From Terriglobia bacterium (GTDB lineage Bacteria; Acidobacteriota; Terriglobia; 20CM-2-55-15), in assembly GCA_965198225.1 (NCBI GenBank), contig CBDAOY010000008.1, forward strand, positions 800,001 to 864,000: a DNA stretch of 64,000 nucleotides, written 5' to 3'. The translations under genes and the position numbers were made by a program. This document shows, piece after piece, positions 1 through 9,280 of the stretch. How positions within the stretch are numbered: position 1 is the stretch's first letter; each line of letters starts with the position of its first letter. The notes under the pieces were generated by a model, which was not told where the DNA came from, did not search any database, and was given only the letters and a program-made list of their open reading frames with translations.

Positions 1-14
1 GTTACAGGCCACTA
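1..14. mobile_element. Right end of a MITE copy (family A), cut by the window edge
   Basis: GTTACAGGCCAC+TA is identical to the terminus of the 3254-3522 element. It contains the TAG stop of the amidase. Confidence 0.75.
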
Positions 15-1436
15 TAGCGGCGGACGACGGCGGTGCCAGTCGGTCTGGGACTCGTAGGCATGACTGACCTTGAACAGCGTGAACTCATCGAACGGCCGAC
101 CGTAGAACTGGATCGTAATCGGTAATACCGGAGGGCCCGAAGCAAAGCCGCAGGGGATCGTGATCGCCGGCAGTCCCGTCATGTTCCCGATGAACGTGTT
201 GCCTCGGCGAAACCGGGGAGTCGACGCTCCAGGGCGGACGTCGCTCCGCGCCTCCTCGGCCGATCGGAGCCTGCCCGCCACGCTCGTGTTGCCCGGCACG
301 GCCATGACGTCACACGTTTCAAAGACCCGCTTCATGTCCTCTTGCAGTATGGTTCTCACGCGCAGAGCCTTGATGTAGTCGGTTGCGGTGTAGAACTTCC
401 CGGTTTCGAGGCGCTCTCGTACCAGGGGGTCGAACAGGTGGGGCGACTCTCTTAGACGTCTCTCGTGAAAACATGCTGCTTCGGCCATAGCGACGGTCCA
501 GCCGGCCGATCCGGCGAGGTTCGCGTTCGGGACTTCAACGTCCACTATCCGCGCTCCCATCTCGGTGAGCGAACGAATTGCTTCCCGAACCGCGCCGTCG
601 ACTTCATCGGACGCTCCCTCGAAGAAGTAGTTCGTCGGAACGCCGATCCTCAGCCCTCGAATGTCGCCGTCCAGGGCACGATCATAGTCGGGGACAGCCT
701 CATCGATCGTGCTGGGGTCCGCAGCGTCGAAGCCGGCCATGACCTGCAGCATGTGTGCGGCGTCGGCGACTGTCTTGGTCATCGGTCCGGCATGATCCAG
801 CGTCCAGCTCAGCGTTGTCACGCCGTGGCGGCTGACGCGACCGTAGGTCTGTTTCAACCCTACAATTCCGTTCGCAGCCGCGGGTCCCCGGATGGACCCT
901 CCCGTGTCGGTGCCGATCGACAACGGAACCATGTAGGCAGCCAGCGCAGCGCCCGAACCGCTGGAGGATCCGGCCGGCGAGTAGTCCAGATCCCAGGGAT
1001 TGTGCACGGGTCCGAAGCCGGATAGGACGCCGCTGCCCATCGCGAACTCCAGCAGGTTCAGCTTCCCGATCAGGATGGCGCCGGCACGGTTCAGGCGATC
1101 GGTGATCGTGGACTCGTAGTCGGGAACCCAGTTGGCCGTGACTTTTGATCCGTTCGTCGTGAGGATGTTTCTGGTCGCCAGGATGTCTTTGGGTGCGTAA
1201 GGGATGCCGTGCAGCGGGCCGCGGTAGCTTCCACCCTGTATCTCGCGCTCTGCCTCGCGTGCTCTCCGTAGAGCGTGCTCGCGCGTGAGGGTGATGAAGG
1301 CGTTGACCTGCGGATTGAGTCGCTCCGCGCGGTCGAGGAACGCTGTGACGACTTCAACCGGGGACACCTCCCGTGAACGTACGAGGTCTGCGAGTTCCAC
1401 ACCACTCTTGAAAACAAGATCCTCGGCCTGCATCAT
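12..1436 (-). CDS. Amidase signature family protein (GatA/AtzE-like)
   Basis: 474 aa. Catalytic Lys (PKDI), GSSSGS and GTDTGGSIR motifs. No signal peptide. Confidence 0.93.
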   Translation of the reverse strand: MMQAEDLVFKSGVELADLVRSREVSPVEVVTAFLDRAERLNPQVNAFITLTREHALRRAREAEREIQGGSYRGPLHGIPYAPKDILATRNILTTNGSKVTANWVPDYESTITDRLNRAGAILIGKLNLLEFAMGSGVLSGFGPVHNPWDLDYSPAGSSSGSGAALAAYMVPLSIGTDTGGSIRGPAAANGIVGLKQTYGRVSRHGVTTLSWTLDHAGPMTKTVADAAHMLQVMAGFDAADPSTIDEAVPDYDRALDGDIRGLRIGVPTNYFFEGASDEVDGAVREAIRSLTEMGARIVDVEVPNANLAGSAGWTVAMAEAACFHERRLRESPHLFDPLVRERLETGKFYTATDYIKALRVRTILQEDMKRVFETCDVMAVPGNTSVAGRLRSAEEARSDVRPGASTPRFRRGNTFIGNMTGLPAITIPCGFASGPPVLPITIQFYGRPFDEFTLFKVSHAYESQTDWHRRRPPL

Positions 1437-1732
1437 GGCCTGCCTCGGGCTAGAAAGATTGGCGCGGGTTCGACCAGGTCGTCTATCTCGAGGTCGCGGA
1501 CGATCTGGAACTGTTCGAGGCTGCTCTCCAGAGCCGCAGTGACAACGCGAAGCCGCTCATCATCGAAGTCCTGATCGAGCAGAGATGCTGACGCCTTCAG
1601 GATCTCCGGCGACAGAGTTTCCTGCGCCTCTGCAGCCAGCTCCAGCGCCGCGGGTCCCGTGATTCCCGCCAGAGCCAGAACCCGGATTAACTGGCGGCGT
1701 GTGACTTGTTTCTCTTCGGTCGTATGATCCAT
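1433..1732 (-). CDS. Small twin-arginine signal protein, GatC/AtzG-like amidase partner
   Basis: 99 aa. TRRQLI, hydrophobic stretch, AEA cleavage-like site. C-terminal DDLVEPAPIF. ATGA overlap with the amidase start. Confidence 0.75.
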   Translation of the reverse strand: MDHTTEEKQVTRRQLIRVLALAGITGPAALELAAEAQETLSPEILKASASLLDQDFDDERLRVVTAALESSLEQFQIVRDLEIDDLVEPAPIFLARGRP

Positions 1733-1804
1733 GTTTGCCTCCGATGTCGGATTCTACACCGATTCGAACGGTTGACATGTTGACCCTGGGCGGGTCGAAG
1801 GCGG

Positions 1805-3250
1805 TCAGGCCGGCTGGTTTCCGGCGGCCCAATACGCTGACTTAAATTTTTCGAATCGCTCTCGGAGCGCGGAATCCGAGACCGTCCCCGGCGTCGTCGC
1901 TTCAAGCAGAATGCGTTCCATCGCGCCCTCGGTCGAAGTCCCCAGGGCGCGGAAAGCGCAGCGCGCTGCCCCGCGAAGGGTTGCCAGACCCGCAGCGTGG
2001 GGAATGCGTATCCGTTGCGGGATCACGCTCGCGAGCAGGGAAGCGAGAGCGGGCTCCATGAACCCGTTGCCGGACAGAACCGCGGTGTCGGAGCAAAGTC
2101 CCGACACGCGGTCAACCTGCTCGACATAAACTGCGAGATGAAACGCGAGGCCTTCAACGACGGCCCGTCGTAGATCCCGTATGTCATGCTCCCCCGTAAG
2201 TTCGTGCCATTCGGCGCGGAGTCGGCTGTCCCAGAAAGGCGACCGTTCGCCGCGCAGGAATGGAATGAACAGCGGGGGGGCCGGTGCCGCGCCCTCGCTG
2301 AACTCCAATCCTGCGAGAACCTGTCGACCCCAGTCGAGAACGTTCCCGCCGTTGTTGCTGGCACATCCCAGAAGGAAGTGTGTCTGGTCGAACCGATAGC
2401 AGAAGGTTCCGGCGTCGGGATCGACGACAGGTTCCCAGACGAGTTTTCGAACGCTGGCCGTGGTACCGCAAGTCACAGCGATGTGTGTGGCGTTCCCGCA
2501 CCCGGATCCGATGTTGGCCAGGAAACCGTCGCCGCCGCCTGCGACCACGGGCAGATCCGGGGGCAATCCGAGGCGGTCGGCTGCCTCTGGCTTCAGGTGT
2601 CCTGCGATCTCGGCCGGGTCGACAAGGCGAGGCAAAGCGGCGGGCGTCAAATGAAGTAGTTCGAGTACCTCCGAGTCCCATTCTCCAGACTCCAGGTTGA
2701 GCAGTCCTGACGCCGATGCGCTGGAAGTGTCCTCGACCTTCTGCCCTGTCAGCTCCTCGAGAACGCTGCTCTTCAATGAACCGAAACAGTGGCCGCCTGC
2801 GAACATCGCCGGAGCCCTCGAGCGCAGCCACGCGAGCTTGAACACCGGAAACATGGGATGGAATCGAACCCCGGTTCTGGACAGGAACTGTTTCCCCAGG
2901 GCCTCTTCGACTTGACCGACAGCCTCACCACCCTGGCGGTCCAGCCACGTGAATACCTCCGATTTTGTGCGCCCATGATCGTCGCGGACGAGCAGCGTGT
3001 GCATCATCGATGACAGGACTATGGCTTCGGGGGGCGGGAAGCCTTCGATTGACGATCGGATCGAACGAGTGAGGGCTTTGCCGGCGATTTCAGGAGAGAG
3101 TGTGGCCGAGCCTTTTCCGTCTTCGGAAAACCTCCAGCCGATTTCGCTGACCCGGAGCGGGGTGAGGCTTCGATCGATCAGCGCCGCCGACGCTCCGCCG
3201 GAGGCCAGATCCACTGCGAGGACGGTGGGGTTGGACTCCGGTCTAGACAC
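1805..3250 (-). CDS. gntK: FGGY-family carbohydrate kinase, probable gluconokinase
   Basis: SSMMHTL, FHPMFP, SASASGLLNL, GGGDG and PFLRGERSP motifs. Lies downstream of gnd. Confidence 0.82.
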   Translation of the reverse strand: MSRPESNPTVLAVDLASGGASAALIDRSLTPLRVSEIGWRFSEDGKGSATLSPEIAGKALTRSIRSSIEGFPPPEAIVLSSMMHTLLVRDDHGRTKSEVFTWLDRQGGEAVGQVEEALGKQFLSRTGVRFHPMFPVFKLAWLRSRAPAMFAGGHCFGSLKSSVLEELTGQKVEDTSSASASGLLNLESGEWDSEVLELLHLTPAALPRLVDPAEIAGHLKPEAADRLGLPPDLPVVAGGGDGFLANIGSGCGNATHIAVTCGTTASVRKLVWEPVVDPDAGTFCYRFDQTHFLLGCASNNGGNVLDWGRQVLAGLEFSEGAAPAPPLFIPFLRGERSPFWDSRLRAEWHELTGEHDIRDLRRAVVEGLAFHLAVYVEQVDRVSGLCSDTAVLSGNGFMEPALASLLASVIPQRIRIPHAAGLATLRGAARCAFRALGTSTEGAMERILLEATTPGTVSDSALRERFEKFKSAYWAAGNQPA

Positions 3251-3253
3251 CTA

Positions 3254-3522
3254 GTGGCCTGTAACGGAGATATCGGCACCATCGCCGATGGGTCTTGCCA
3301 GTCGAGGTCGAGGAGAGAGGAGGAATTGATGCGGTTTCATCATGACGACGAACGACAAAGAGATCGACGGCAACCCCCATCGGCCCGGAGGGTTGCGGCG
3401 GAACGGCACCGTCTTCGTTGTCGCTCCTCCTCGCAATGTAGGCGCATTACCTCGTCGTCGACTCCTAGAATCCGGTGCCGTTCCACCGCAACGCTGGTAC
3501 CGATATCTCCGTTACAGGCCAC
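3254..3522. mobile_element. 269-bp MITE (family A) with ~28-bp terminal inverted repeats, flanked by TA within CTAG
   Basis: GTGGCCTGTAACGGAGATATCGG...CCGATATCTCCGTTACAGGCCAC, with TA on both sides. Homologous copies at 19743, 38794 and 1. Confidence 0.88.
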
Positions 3523-4430
3523 TAGTCTCCGGGGGCCACATCATGGCCCCCGAACTGCTGACGGAGCGCAGCGACGAGCTTGTTAGAGAAAGCGTCCGGG
3601 TCCCGGGACTGCAGGCGCGCAATCAGCGAAAGCGTGATGATGGGGGCGGCCACGTCGAGTTCGACCGCTTCGGCTACGGTCCATCGTCCTTCTCCGGAGT
3701 CCTCCACATGGGCTCCGACGGAGGAAAGTCCCGAATCCTGCCGGAGAGCCCGTTCTGCAAGTTCGAGAAGCCAGGAGCGTATGACGCTACCCTGATTCCA
3801 GATTTCGGCGACCTGGGACAGGTCCAGGTCAAATTCCGCCTTTTCGCGCAGGATCGCGAAACCCTCGGCGTACGCCTGCATCATCCCGTACTCGATTCCG
3901 TTGTGGATCATCTTCACGAAGTGTCCTGCTCCAGCGGGTCCGACTCGACCCCACCCTCCGTCCGGGGCGGGTGCAAGCGTCTCGAACACCGGGCGTAGAC
4001 GATCTACCACCTCCTCAGTCCCCCCGATCATCAGACAGAAGCCGTCGCTCCGACCCCAGATCCCTCCACTGGTTCCGACGTCCAGGAAGGAGACAGCGTG
4101 CGCCCCCAACCGGCCGTGACGACGGAGCGTGTCTTTATAGTTAGAGTTGCCGCCATCGACGACGATTGCGTCGTTTCCCAGGGCCGGAAGGAGCTCTTCA
4201 ATTACGGCGTCGACGGCGCTGCCGGCCGGCAGCATCAGCCACACCACCCTCGGCTCGTGTGTCTTTTGGAGGACATCCGACAACGACTCGGCGGCTTCAA
4301 ATCCGTCCGGCTCGAGCCCGCGTGCCATTTCCGGATCCCGATCGTAACCGATGACACGATGGCCGCCCGCCTGGAGTCGGCGCGCAATGTTGGCGCCCAT
4401 CCGACCCAGGCCGACGATGCCAATTTCCAT
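3522..4430 (-). CDS. gnd: 6-phosphogluconate dehydrogenase (decarboxylating, short GntZ/YqeC type)
   Basis: GLGRMG, DGGNS, DVGTSGG, GHFVKMIHNGIEY and C-terminal FGGH motifs. Confidence 0.95.
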   Translation of the reverse strand: MEIGIVGLGRMGANIARRLQAGGHRVIGYDRDPEMARGLEPDGFEAAESLSDVLQKTHEPRVVWLMLPAGSAVDAVIEELLPALGNDAIVVDGGNSNYKDTLRRHGRLGAHAVSFLDVGTSGGIWGRSDGFCLMIGGTEEVVDRLRPVFETLAPAPDGGWGRVGPAGAGHFVKMIHNGIEYGMMQAYAEGFAILREKAEFDLDLSQVAEIWNQGSVIRSWLLELAERALRQDSGLSSVGAHVEDSGEGRWTVAEAVELDVAAPIITLSLIARLQSRDPDAFSNKLVAALRQQFGGHDVAPGD

Positions 4431-4552
4431 AGAGTCCTCCGCACCCGAGGTGACCAGCCATGATAGAACAGAATGCGGTCGATGCGGAGATTGAGCCGGC
4501 CCCGCCGGGCCGGCTTAGGGACAAGTGACGAGTGACAAGTGAGAGTGCCCTG

Positions 4553-4598
4553 ACTCCCCTCTTCGGATGAGGAGGGGTGCGGGGGTGGAGCGCACTCT
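4553..4598. repeat. REP-like palindrome, family B (CTCCCCTCCTCAGATGAGGAGGGG type)
   Basis: ACTCCCCTCTTCGGATGAGGAGGGGT matches the other family B copies. Confidence 0.7.
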
Positions 4599-4620
4599 AA
4601 CAAAACGAAAGGATCCCAAT

Positions 4621-4941
4621 ATGGCATGGCTTCTCATTCTGATTGCTGGCACCTTTGAGGTGGTTTGGGCGATAGGGCTCAAGTACACGGACGGCTTCAC
4701 GCGGCTCTGGCCCAGTGTGGTGACGGCCGCGGCCATTGTCCTGAGCATGCTTTTTCTGGCCCAGGCTGCGCGCCTGCTTCCGATCGGTACCGCTTACGCG
4801 GTCTGGACCGGGATCGGCGCAGCCGGAACGGCCGTCTTGGGAATCATCCTCTTCGGGGAGTCCCGCGACATCGCGCGCCTGGGCTCGATCCTCGTCATCA
4901 TTGCCGGGATCGTCAGCCTCAGCCTCACCTCAGGGGATTAA
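4621..4941 (+). CDS. sugE: SMR family exporter, Gdx/SugE subtype
   Basis: [32 protein letters not shown] and [16 protein letters not shown] at 4621 after AAAGGA. Confidence 0.9.
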   Translation: MAWLLILIAGTFEVVWAIGLKYTDGFTRLWPSVVTAAAIVLSMLFLAQAARLLPIGTAYAVWTGIGAAGTAVLGIILFGESRDIARLGSILVIIAGIVSLSLTSGD

Positions 4942-7496
4942 GGATCCGTTTTACAGCTCTGGGAGAAGGACCGGACCGCTGCCTCAACGACGGCCGTCAT
5001 CTCCACATAGTCGTCGCCCACGACATCAATAGCCCGCCCGAACTGCAACCGGAGGTGCCCGGATCGTGGCCAGGAGTCGTGAAGGGAAAGGATGTCGAAC
5101 ATGCCCTCAATGTAAGTGGGGACAACCGGTACCCGAAGTCGGAGAGCCATCAGTCCCACTCCGGGGCGGAACGGTTGGAGGCGGCCATCGGGTGTGCGCT
5201 TTCCCTCCGGGAAGAGAAGGGGGCAATAACCCCTTTCTACGAGTTCTCCCGTGTAGCGGAGCGTATCGCGCACCTGTCCCAGATCCTGCGAAAGGGGATA
5301 GGCGTTGATCAGGGAGCAGGCCAGGTAGTATTGAACGTGCATGGACAACGTCTGGAATCGGCCCTGCTGGCCTGCGGGGGGGAAGAAGTGTTCTTGACGC
5401 ATCGCAGGAGCCAGGCGTCTTCTCCAGTGACCGGGCAACGCGGCGAGGATAGCCACTGTGTCGAGGTGACTGGTGTGATTTGCGGCGAAGATGACCGGTC
5501 CGTCCAGGTCCGCCAGGTTGTCGAGACCGTCGACTCGCAAGGTGATGTAGTGGTTGAACAGGGGTAGGATCAAGAGTCTCCGCACGGCGCTGCGCGGAAG
5601 CGCGACCATCCGTGATCGGGCCCAGCGCGGCCCTTCGATTCGTGAGCGACCAGCAGCTGGTCCGCTTGACGGCGGTAGGGAAGCAGTAGTGCCTTGGGGG
5701 GTGGTTGGGCGTTTGGCCCGCTCCACCCAGGCCGTCAGGTCGTCGATCGTCGAGAGCCTCGAGAACTCCATCTCGTCCAACTCGAGACCGTATCGTTCTT
5801 CGATCCAGGCCAGGAGGTCGATCCTTTCCAGCGACGACAGGCCCAGATCTTCCGCCAGCCGCCCTCGGCCCGAGACGTCTCTCATTGATCGACCAGTGAC
5901 ATGCTGGAGGTAGTCGTCGAGCCCGGCGTCCTGGGCCGCGACCTGGCGATCGGAGGACGAGGCGGACAGCCGCTCGCCGACTTTCCGGCGTTGAATTTTC
6001 AGCGTTGATGAGGTGCGCGGAAAGTCTTCGTCGGGCCAGATCGACCACCGTTGGACCCTCTGGTGCGCTTCGAGCCGGCTATTGACGCGGTCCACCAGAG
6101 ACCCCGGCTCCGTGTCTGGATCGGACAGAATGAGAACGGCGTGAATCTTCTCGCTGCCTGCCTCAACGACGGGCAGGACGACGCAGTCGCGGACAGCGGC
6201 CTCCTGCCTGATCGAGGCCTCGACGTCTTCCGGGTAGACGTTCATGCCGTCCGGGGTCACGATAACGTCCTTCTTGCGCCCCTTGTAGACGAGCCGGCCT
6301 TCGTTGTCCAATTCCCCGAGGTCCCCTGTGTGGAGCCAGCCCTGCGCGTCGGCGACGGGTGTGGTCGAAGAACCGCTCTCCAGGTACTCGCTGACAACAC
6401 TGCGGCCCCGAACCAGAATCTCTCCGTCCTCGTCGATCCGGACTTCCTGGCTTCCGATCACCTTGCCGAGCGTGCCCCGTCGGGCATGGAAGGGATGGTT
6501 GACCGACACGACGGGGCTGGTCTCGGTCAGGCCGTATCCCTGCACGACCAGGAAACCGACCCTCGACCAAAATGCTTCGGTCTCGGCAGCCAACGCCGCC
6601 CCGCCCACGACGAAGGACCAGAATTTCATACCGAATTCGCGGTGCACCGACCGGTGGCGCCACCAGCGGCGCGCGACGCCGACCGGCCCCGCGGGCTTTG
6701 TCCGTGTGCTCGGGTGACGTCGCTCGAGGTCCGCCCTCAGGCTGTCGAGAATCCGCGGGACACAGACCAGGACCGAGACGCGTTCTCGACGTATCGCGCG
6801 CCGAATCGCCGCTGGGTGAAGGCCATTCACGAACACGGTTGCCCCACCTAGCAGCACGGGGATAAAAACACCCATGGATTGTCCGAACATGTGGCTCAGA
6901 GGCAACAGGTTCAGGAAGCGAATGGGCTGGAAGGGCTGTGCCCATGTCCTGTAGCGATCAATTTCGACCCGGATCGGATTCAGATTGGCGCATATGTTCC
7001 GGTGTCGGTGGACGACTCCCTTGGGCTCGGCGGTCGTGCCCGAGGTGTAGATGATCTCCACGATGTCGTCCCCGGTGACCGTTGTCGGATCGAATGAAGA
7101 GACCTCGGGAAGCTGGTTCACATGATCCAGGACGATCTGCTCTGTCGGGAGAGCGAGCTGTTTCTCCCGGTCATGCACCAGGAGCCCGGCATCAGCCTGG
7201 GCGAGAATTCTGGACACGAATTCCGGTGAGGAACCGGGGTCGAGCGGAACGACCTGAACGCCGCGTGCGAGGCAGGCCCAGAAGACTGCGACCCATTCCG
7301 GACAGGCTTGAGCCCAGAGCAGAACGCGATCTCCTTTGCCAATCCCCCTGGAGTCGAGGTGGGAGACGACCCCCGTTATTCGACTTTGAAGGTCGCGATA
7401 GGACCATTTCCACGTCCGGAATCCGTTCGAGAAGCGGAAGGCTTCGCGAGCGCCCAGAGACGCGATGCGGGGCAGGAGATCCAGCAGCGTTTCCAT
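4938..7496 (-). CDS. Long-chain acyl-CoA ligase / acyl carrier / PlsC acyltransferase tri-domain protein
   Basis: YTSGTT, GYGLTE and TGDLG (AMP-binding). DLGLSSL (phosphopantetheine site). NHTSHLD and FPEGKR (acyltransferase). Confidence 0.9.
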   Translation of the reverse strand: METLLDLLPRIASLGAREAFRFSNGFRTWKWSYRDLQSRITGVVSHLDSRGIGKGDRVLLWAQACPEWVAVFWACLARGVQVVPLDPGSSPEFVSRILAQADAGLLVHDREKQLALPTEQIVLDHVNQLPEVSSFDPTTVTGDDIVEIIYTSGTTAEPKGVVHRHRNICANLNPIRVEIDRYRTWAQPFQPIRFLNLLPLSHMFGQSMGVFIPVLLGGATVFVNGLHPAAIRRAIRRERVSVLVCVPRILDSLRADLERRHPSTRTKPAGPVGVARRWWRHRSVHREFGMKFWSFVVGGAALAAETEAFWSRVGFLVVQGYGLTETSPVVSVNHPFHARRGTLGKVIGSQEVRIDEDGEILVRGRSVVSEYLESGSSTTPVADAQGWLHTGDLGELDNEGRLVYKGRKKDVIVTPDGMNVYPEDVEASIRQEAAVRDCVVLPVVEAGSEKIHAVLILSDPDTEPGSLVDRVNSRLEAHQRVQRWSIWPDEDFPRTSSTLKIQRRKVGERLSASSSDRQVAAQDAGLDDYLQHVTGRSMRDVSGRGRLAEDLGLSSLERIDLLAWIEERYGLELDEMEFSRLSTIDDLTAWVERAKRPTTPQGTTASLPPSSGPAAGRSRIEGPRWARSRMVALPRSAVRRLLILPLFNHYITLRVDGLDNLADLDGPVIFAANHTSHLDTVAILAALPGHWRRRLAPAMRQEHFFPPAGQQGRFQTLSMHVQYYLACSLINAYPLSQDLGQVRDTLRYTGELVERGYCPLLFPEGKRTPDGRLQPFRPGVGLMALRLRVPVVPTYIEGMFDILSLHDSWPRSGHLRLQFGRAIDVVGDDYVEMTAVVEAAVRSFSQSCKTDP

Positions 7497-7530
7497 GGTT
7501 CACACAGCCGATCGTCTGAGGAATAAATCC

Positions 7531-7559
7531 TTGACCTCGAATTCATCCTACCTTACAAA
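7531..7559 (+). promoter_or_regulatory. Candidate sigma70-type promoter for amt
   Basis: TTGACC-17 nt-TACAAA just upstream of the structured leader. The -10 is imperfect. Confidence 0.35.
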
Positions 7560-7624
7560 GAAGATACGGGCACAACGGCGTCCCCGAGGCGGGAATTCTC
7601 CGAGCGAGAAGCGTTCGCGCCGCC

Positions 7625-7690
7625 GACAACGAAGTCAAACGAGACAAAGGCGTCCAATGGTGAGGATACCCCTCTTCATTGGACTTTTTT
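7625..7690 (+). promoter_or_regulatory. ANTAR-target dual hairpin overlapping an intrinsic terminator (attenuator) in the amt leader
   Basis: GAC-AACGAA-GTC, a 6-nt linker, then GAC-AAAGGC-GTC (hexaloops with A1/G4). The last GTC begins the terminator stem GTCCAATG...CATTGGAC, followed by T6. Confidence 0.85.
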
Positions 7691-7715
7691 GTGCCATCAA
7701 GGAGATGTCGTTCTT

Positions 7716-9113
7716 ATGAAACTCAGGACCCTGTCGGTCGCGAGTATTATTCCGTTGCTCTTCGGGCCAGCCGCCGCCGCGGCGGCGCCGCAAGAAGCCG
7801 CATCTGTAGCTGTGAACTCCGGGGATACAGCCTGGATCATGGTTTGCTCCGCCCTCGTACTGCTCATGACGATTCCGGGCCTGGCGCTTTTCTACGGCGG
7901 CCTGGTCCACACGAAAAACGTTCTGGCCACTTTGATGCAGAGCTTCATCATTGCAGCACTCATCAGCGTTCAGTGGGTTGTGATTGGCTACAGTCTGGCC
8001 TTCTCTCCGGGTGCACTCATCGGTGGGTTGGATTGGATCGGGCTCCAGGGTGTCGGTCTGGAACCCGGGATGTATTCCGACACGATTCCGCACCAGGCCT
8101 TCATGGTGTTCCAGTTGATGTTTGCCATCATCACCCCGGCACTGATGACCGGAGCCTTTGCCGAGCGGATGAAGTTCAGCACGTTCCTGGTGTTCACGCT
8201 CCTCTGGGCAACCTTCATTTACGACCCCTTGGCTCACTGGGTCTGGGGCTCGGGCGGATGGCTTGGCGAGCTGGGAGCGCTGGATTTTGCCGGCGGAACC
8301 GTCGTGCACATCAGTTCGGGCATCTCCGCGCTTGTCGCTGCGCTCATGATCGGACGCCGGATCAATTACGGTCACATGACACCGCCCCACAACCTTCCGT
8401 TCACCGTGCTCGGTGCATCGCTCCTGTGGGTTGGCTGGTTCGGCTTCAACGCCGGATCATCGCTTGCGGCGGATGGCCTGGCGGTCAGCGCTTTTGTCGT
8501 GACCAACACCGCGGGTGCGTCCGGTGTGCTGGGGTGGATGGGCGCGGAGTGGTTCACCAAGGGGAAGCCGACTATGCTGGGCGCCGCGACCGGTGCGGTT
8601 GCGGGCCTGGTGGCGATCACTCCCGCGGCGGGCTTCGTCGGGCCGGTGTCGGCCATCGCGATCGGTTTCATCGCGGGCAAGCTGTGCTACTGGGCCTGCG
8701 AGCTGAAAGCCCGACTCGGTTATGACGACGCGCTCGACGTCGTGGGCGTCCATGGCGTCGGCGGAGTGTGGGGCGCCCTGGCGACCGGTGTGTTCGCATC
8801 GACTGCCGTGAACCCGGATGGCGCAAATGGACTGCTCTACGGAAATCCCGGTCTGGTATGGACCCAGTTCATCGCCGTCGTCGCCACGGTGGCCTTCGCT
8901 GGAATCGGAACCTTCCTGATCCTCAGCTTGCTGAAGGTCGTGATGGGGCTGCGTGTCACTGCCGAGGAGGAGCAACTGGGCCTGGACATGAGCCAGCACA
9001 GCGAGAATGCCTACGCGTTCGAACCGACCGGGTATGGGGAATCAGCGCCGGAGTGGGCCCTGGAGGAAACGGGGAAGGGTGTGCCCGCGGAGGGATCGGT
9101 GTTGGAGTCGTAG
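7716..9113 (+). CDS. amtB: Ammonium transporter
   Basis: FQLMFAIIT, DFAGGTVVH, WFGFNAGS and DDALDVVGVHG motifs. Start taken at MKLRT after GGAG. Confidence 0.96.
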   Translation: MKLRTLSVASIIPLLFGPAAAAAAPQEAASVAVNSGDTAWIMVCSALVLLMTIPGLALFYGGLVHTKNVLATLMQSFIIAALISVQWVVIGYSLAFSPGALIGGLDWIGLQGVGLEPGMYSDTIPHQAFMVFQLMFAIITPALMTGAFAERMKFSTFLVFTLLWATFIYDPLAHWVWGSGGWLGELGALDFAGGTVVHISSGISALVAALMIGRRINYGHMTPPHNLPFTVLGASLLWVGWFGFNAGSSLAADGLAVSAFVVTNTAGASGVLGWMGAEWFTKGKPTMLGAATGAVAGLVAITPAAGFVGPVSAIAIGFIAGKLCYWACELKARLGYDDALDVVGVHGVGGVWGALATGVFASTAVNPDGANGLLYGNPGLVWTQFIAVVATVAFAGIGTFLILSLLKVVMGLRVTAEEEQLGLDMSQHSENAYAFEPTGYGESAPEWALEETGKGVPAEGSVLES

Positions 9114-9280
9114 GCCGTAGGCCGTTGCGCGTAGGCCGATGGGCCAACCGAACAGGTCGTCTCCATCCGACTGCAGCTCACATTGTCACACCGCGGACCG
9201 TCAGTGCGGGACACCATCGACCGTTATGCGTCCCTAACGGCCTACGGCCTACGTTCTTCATCCGCGGCCTACGTTCTTCA
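9110..9280. repeat. Inverted heptamer-repeat element (GTAGGCC)n...(GGCCTAC)n between convergent genes
   Basis: GTAGGCCGTAGGCCGTT at the left and AACGGCCTACGGCCTAC at the right. A related copy lies at 10596. Confidence 0.7.

Noticed and set aside
12-1732. gatCA of the Glu-tRNA amidotransferase
   Set aside because: The small protein has a Tat signal, the amidase lacks the typical GatA C-terminal motifs, and the gene is followed by a MITE end rather than a visible gatB.
3251-3586. ORFs starting MACNGDIGT (also at 19740-19998 and 38756-39094)
   Set aside because: These are translations of MITE sequence. Frames and lengths are not conserved between copies and there are no transposase motifs.
4431-4620. 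Guanidine riboswitch expected upstream of sugE/gdx
   Set aside because: No paired ACGR-loop hairpins or other class consensus could be seen; the region is occupied by heptamer and REP repeats.
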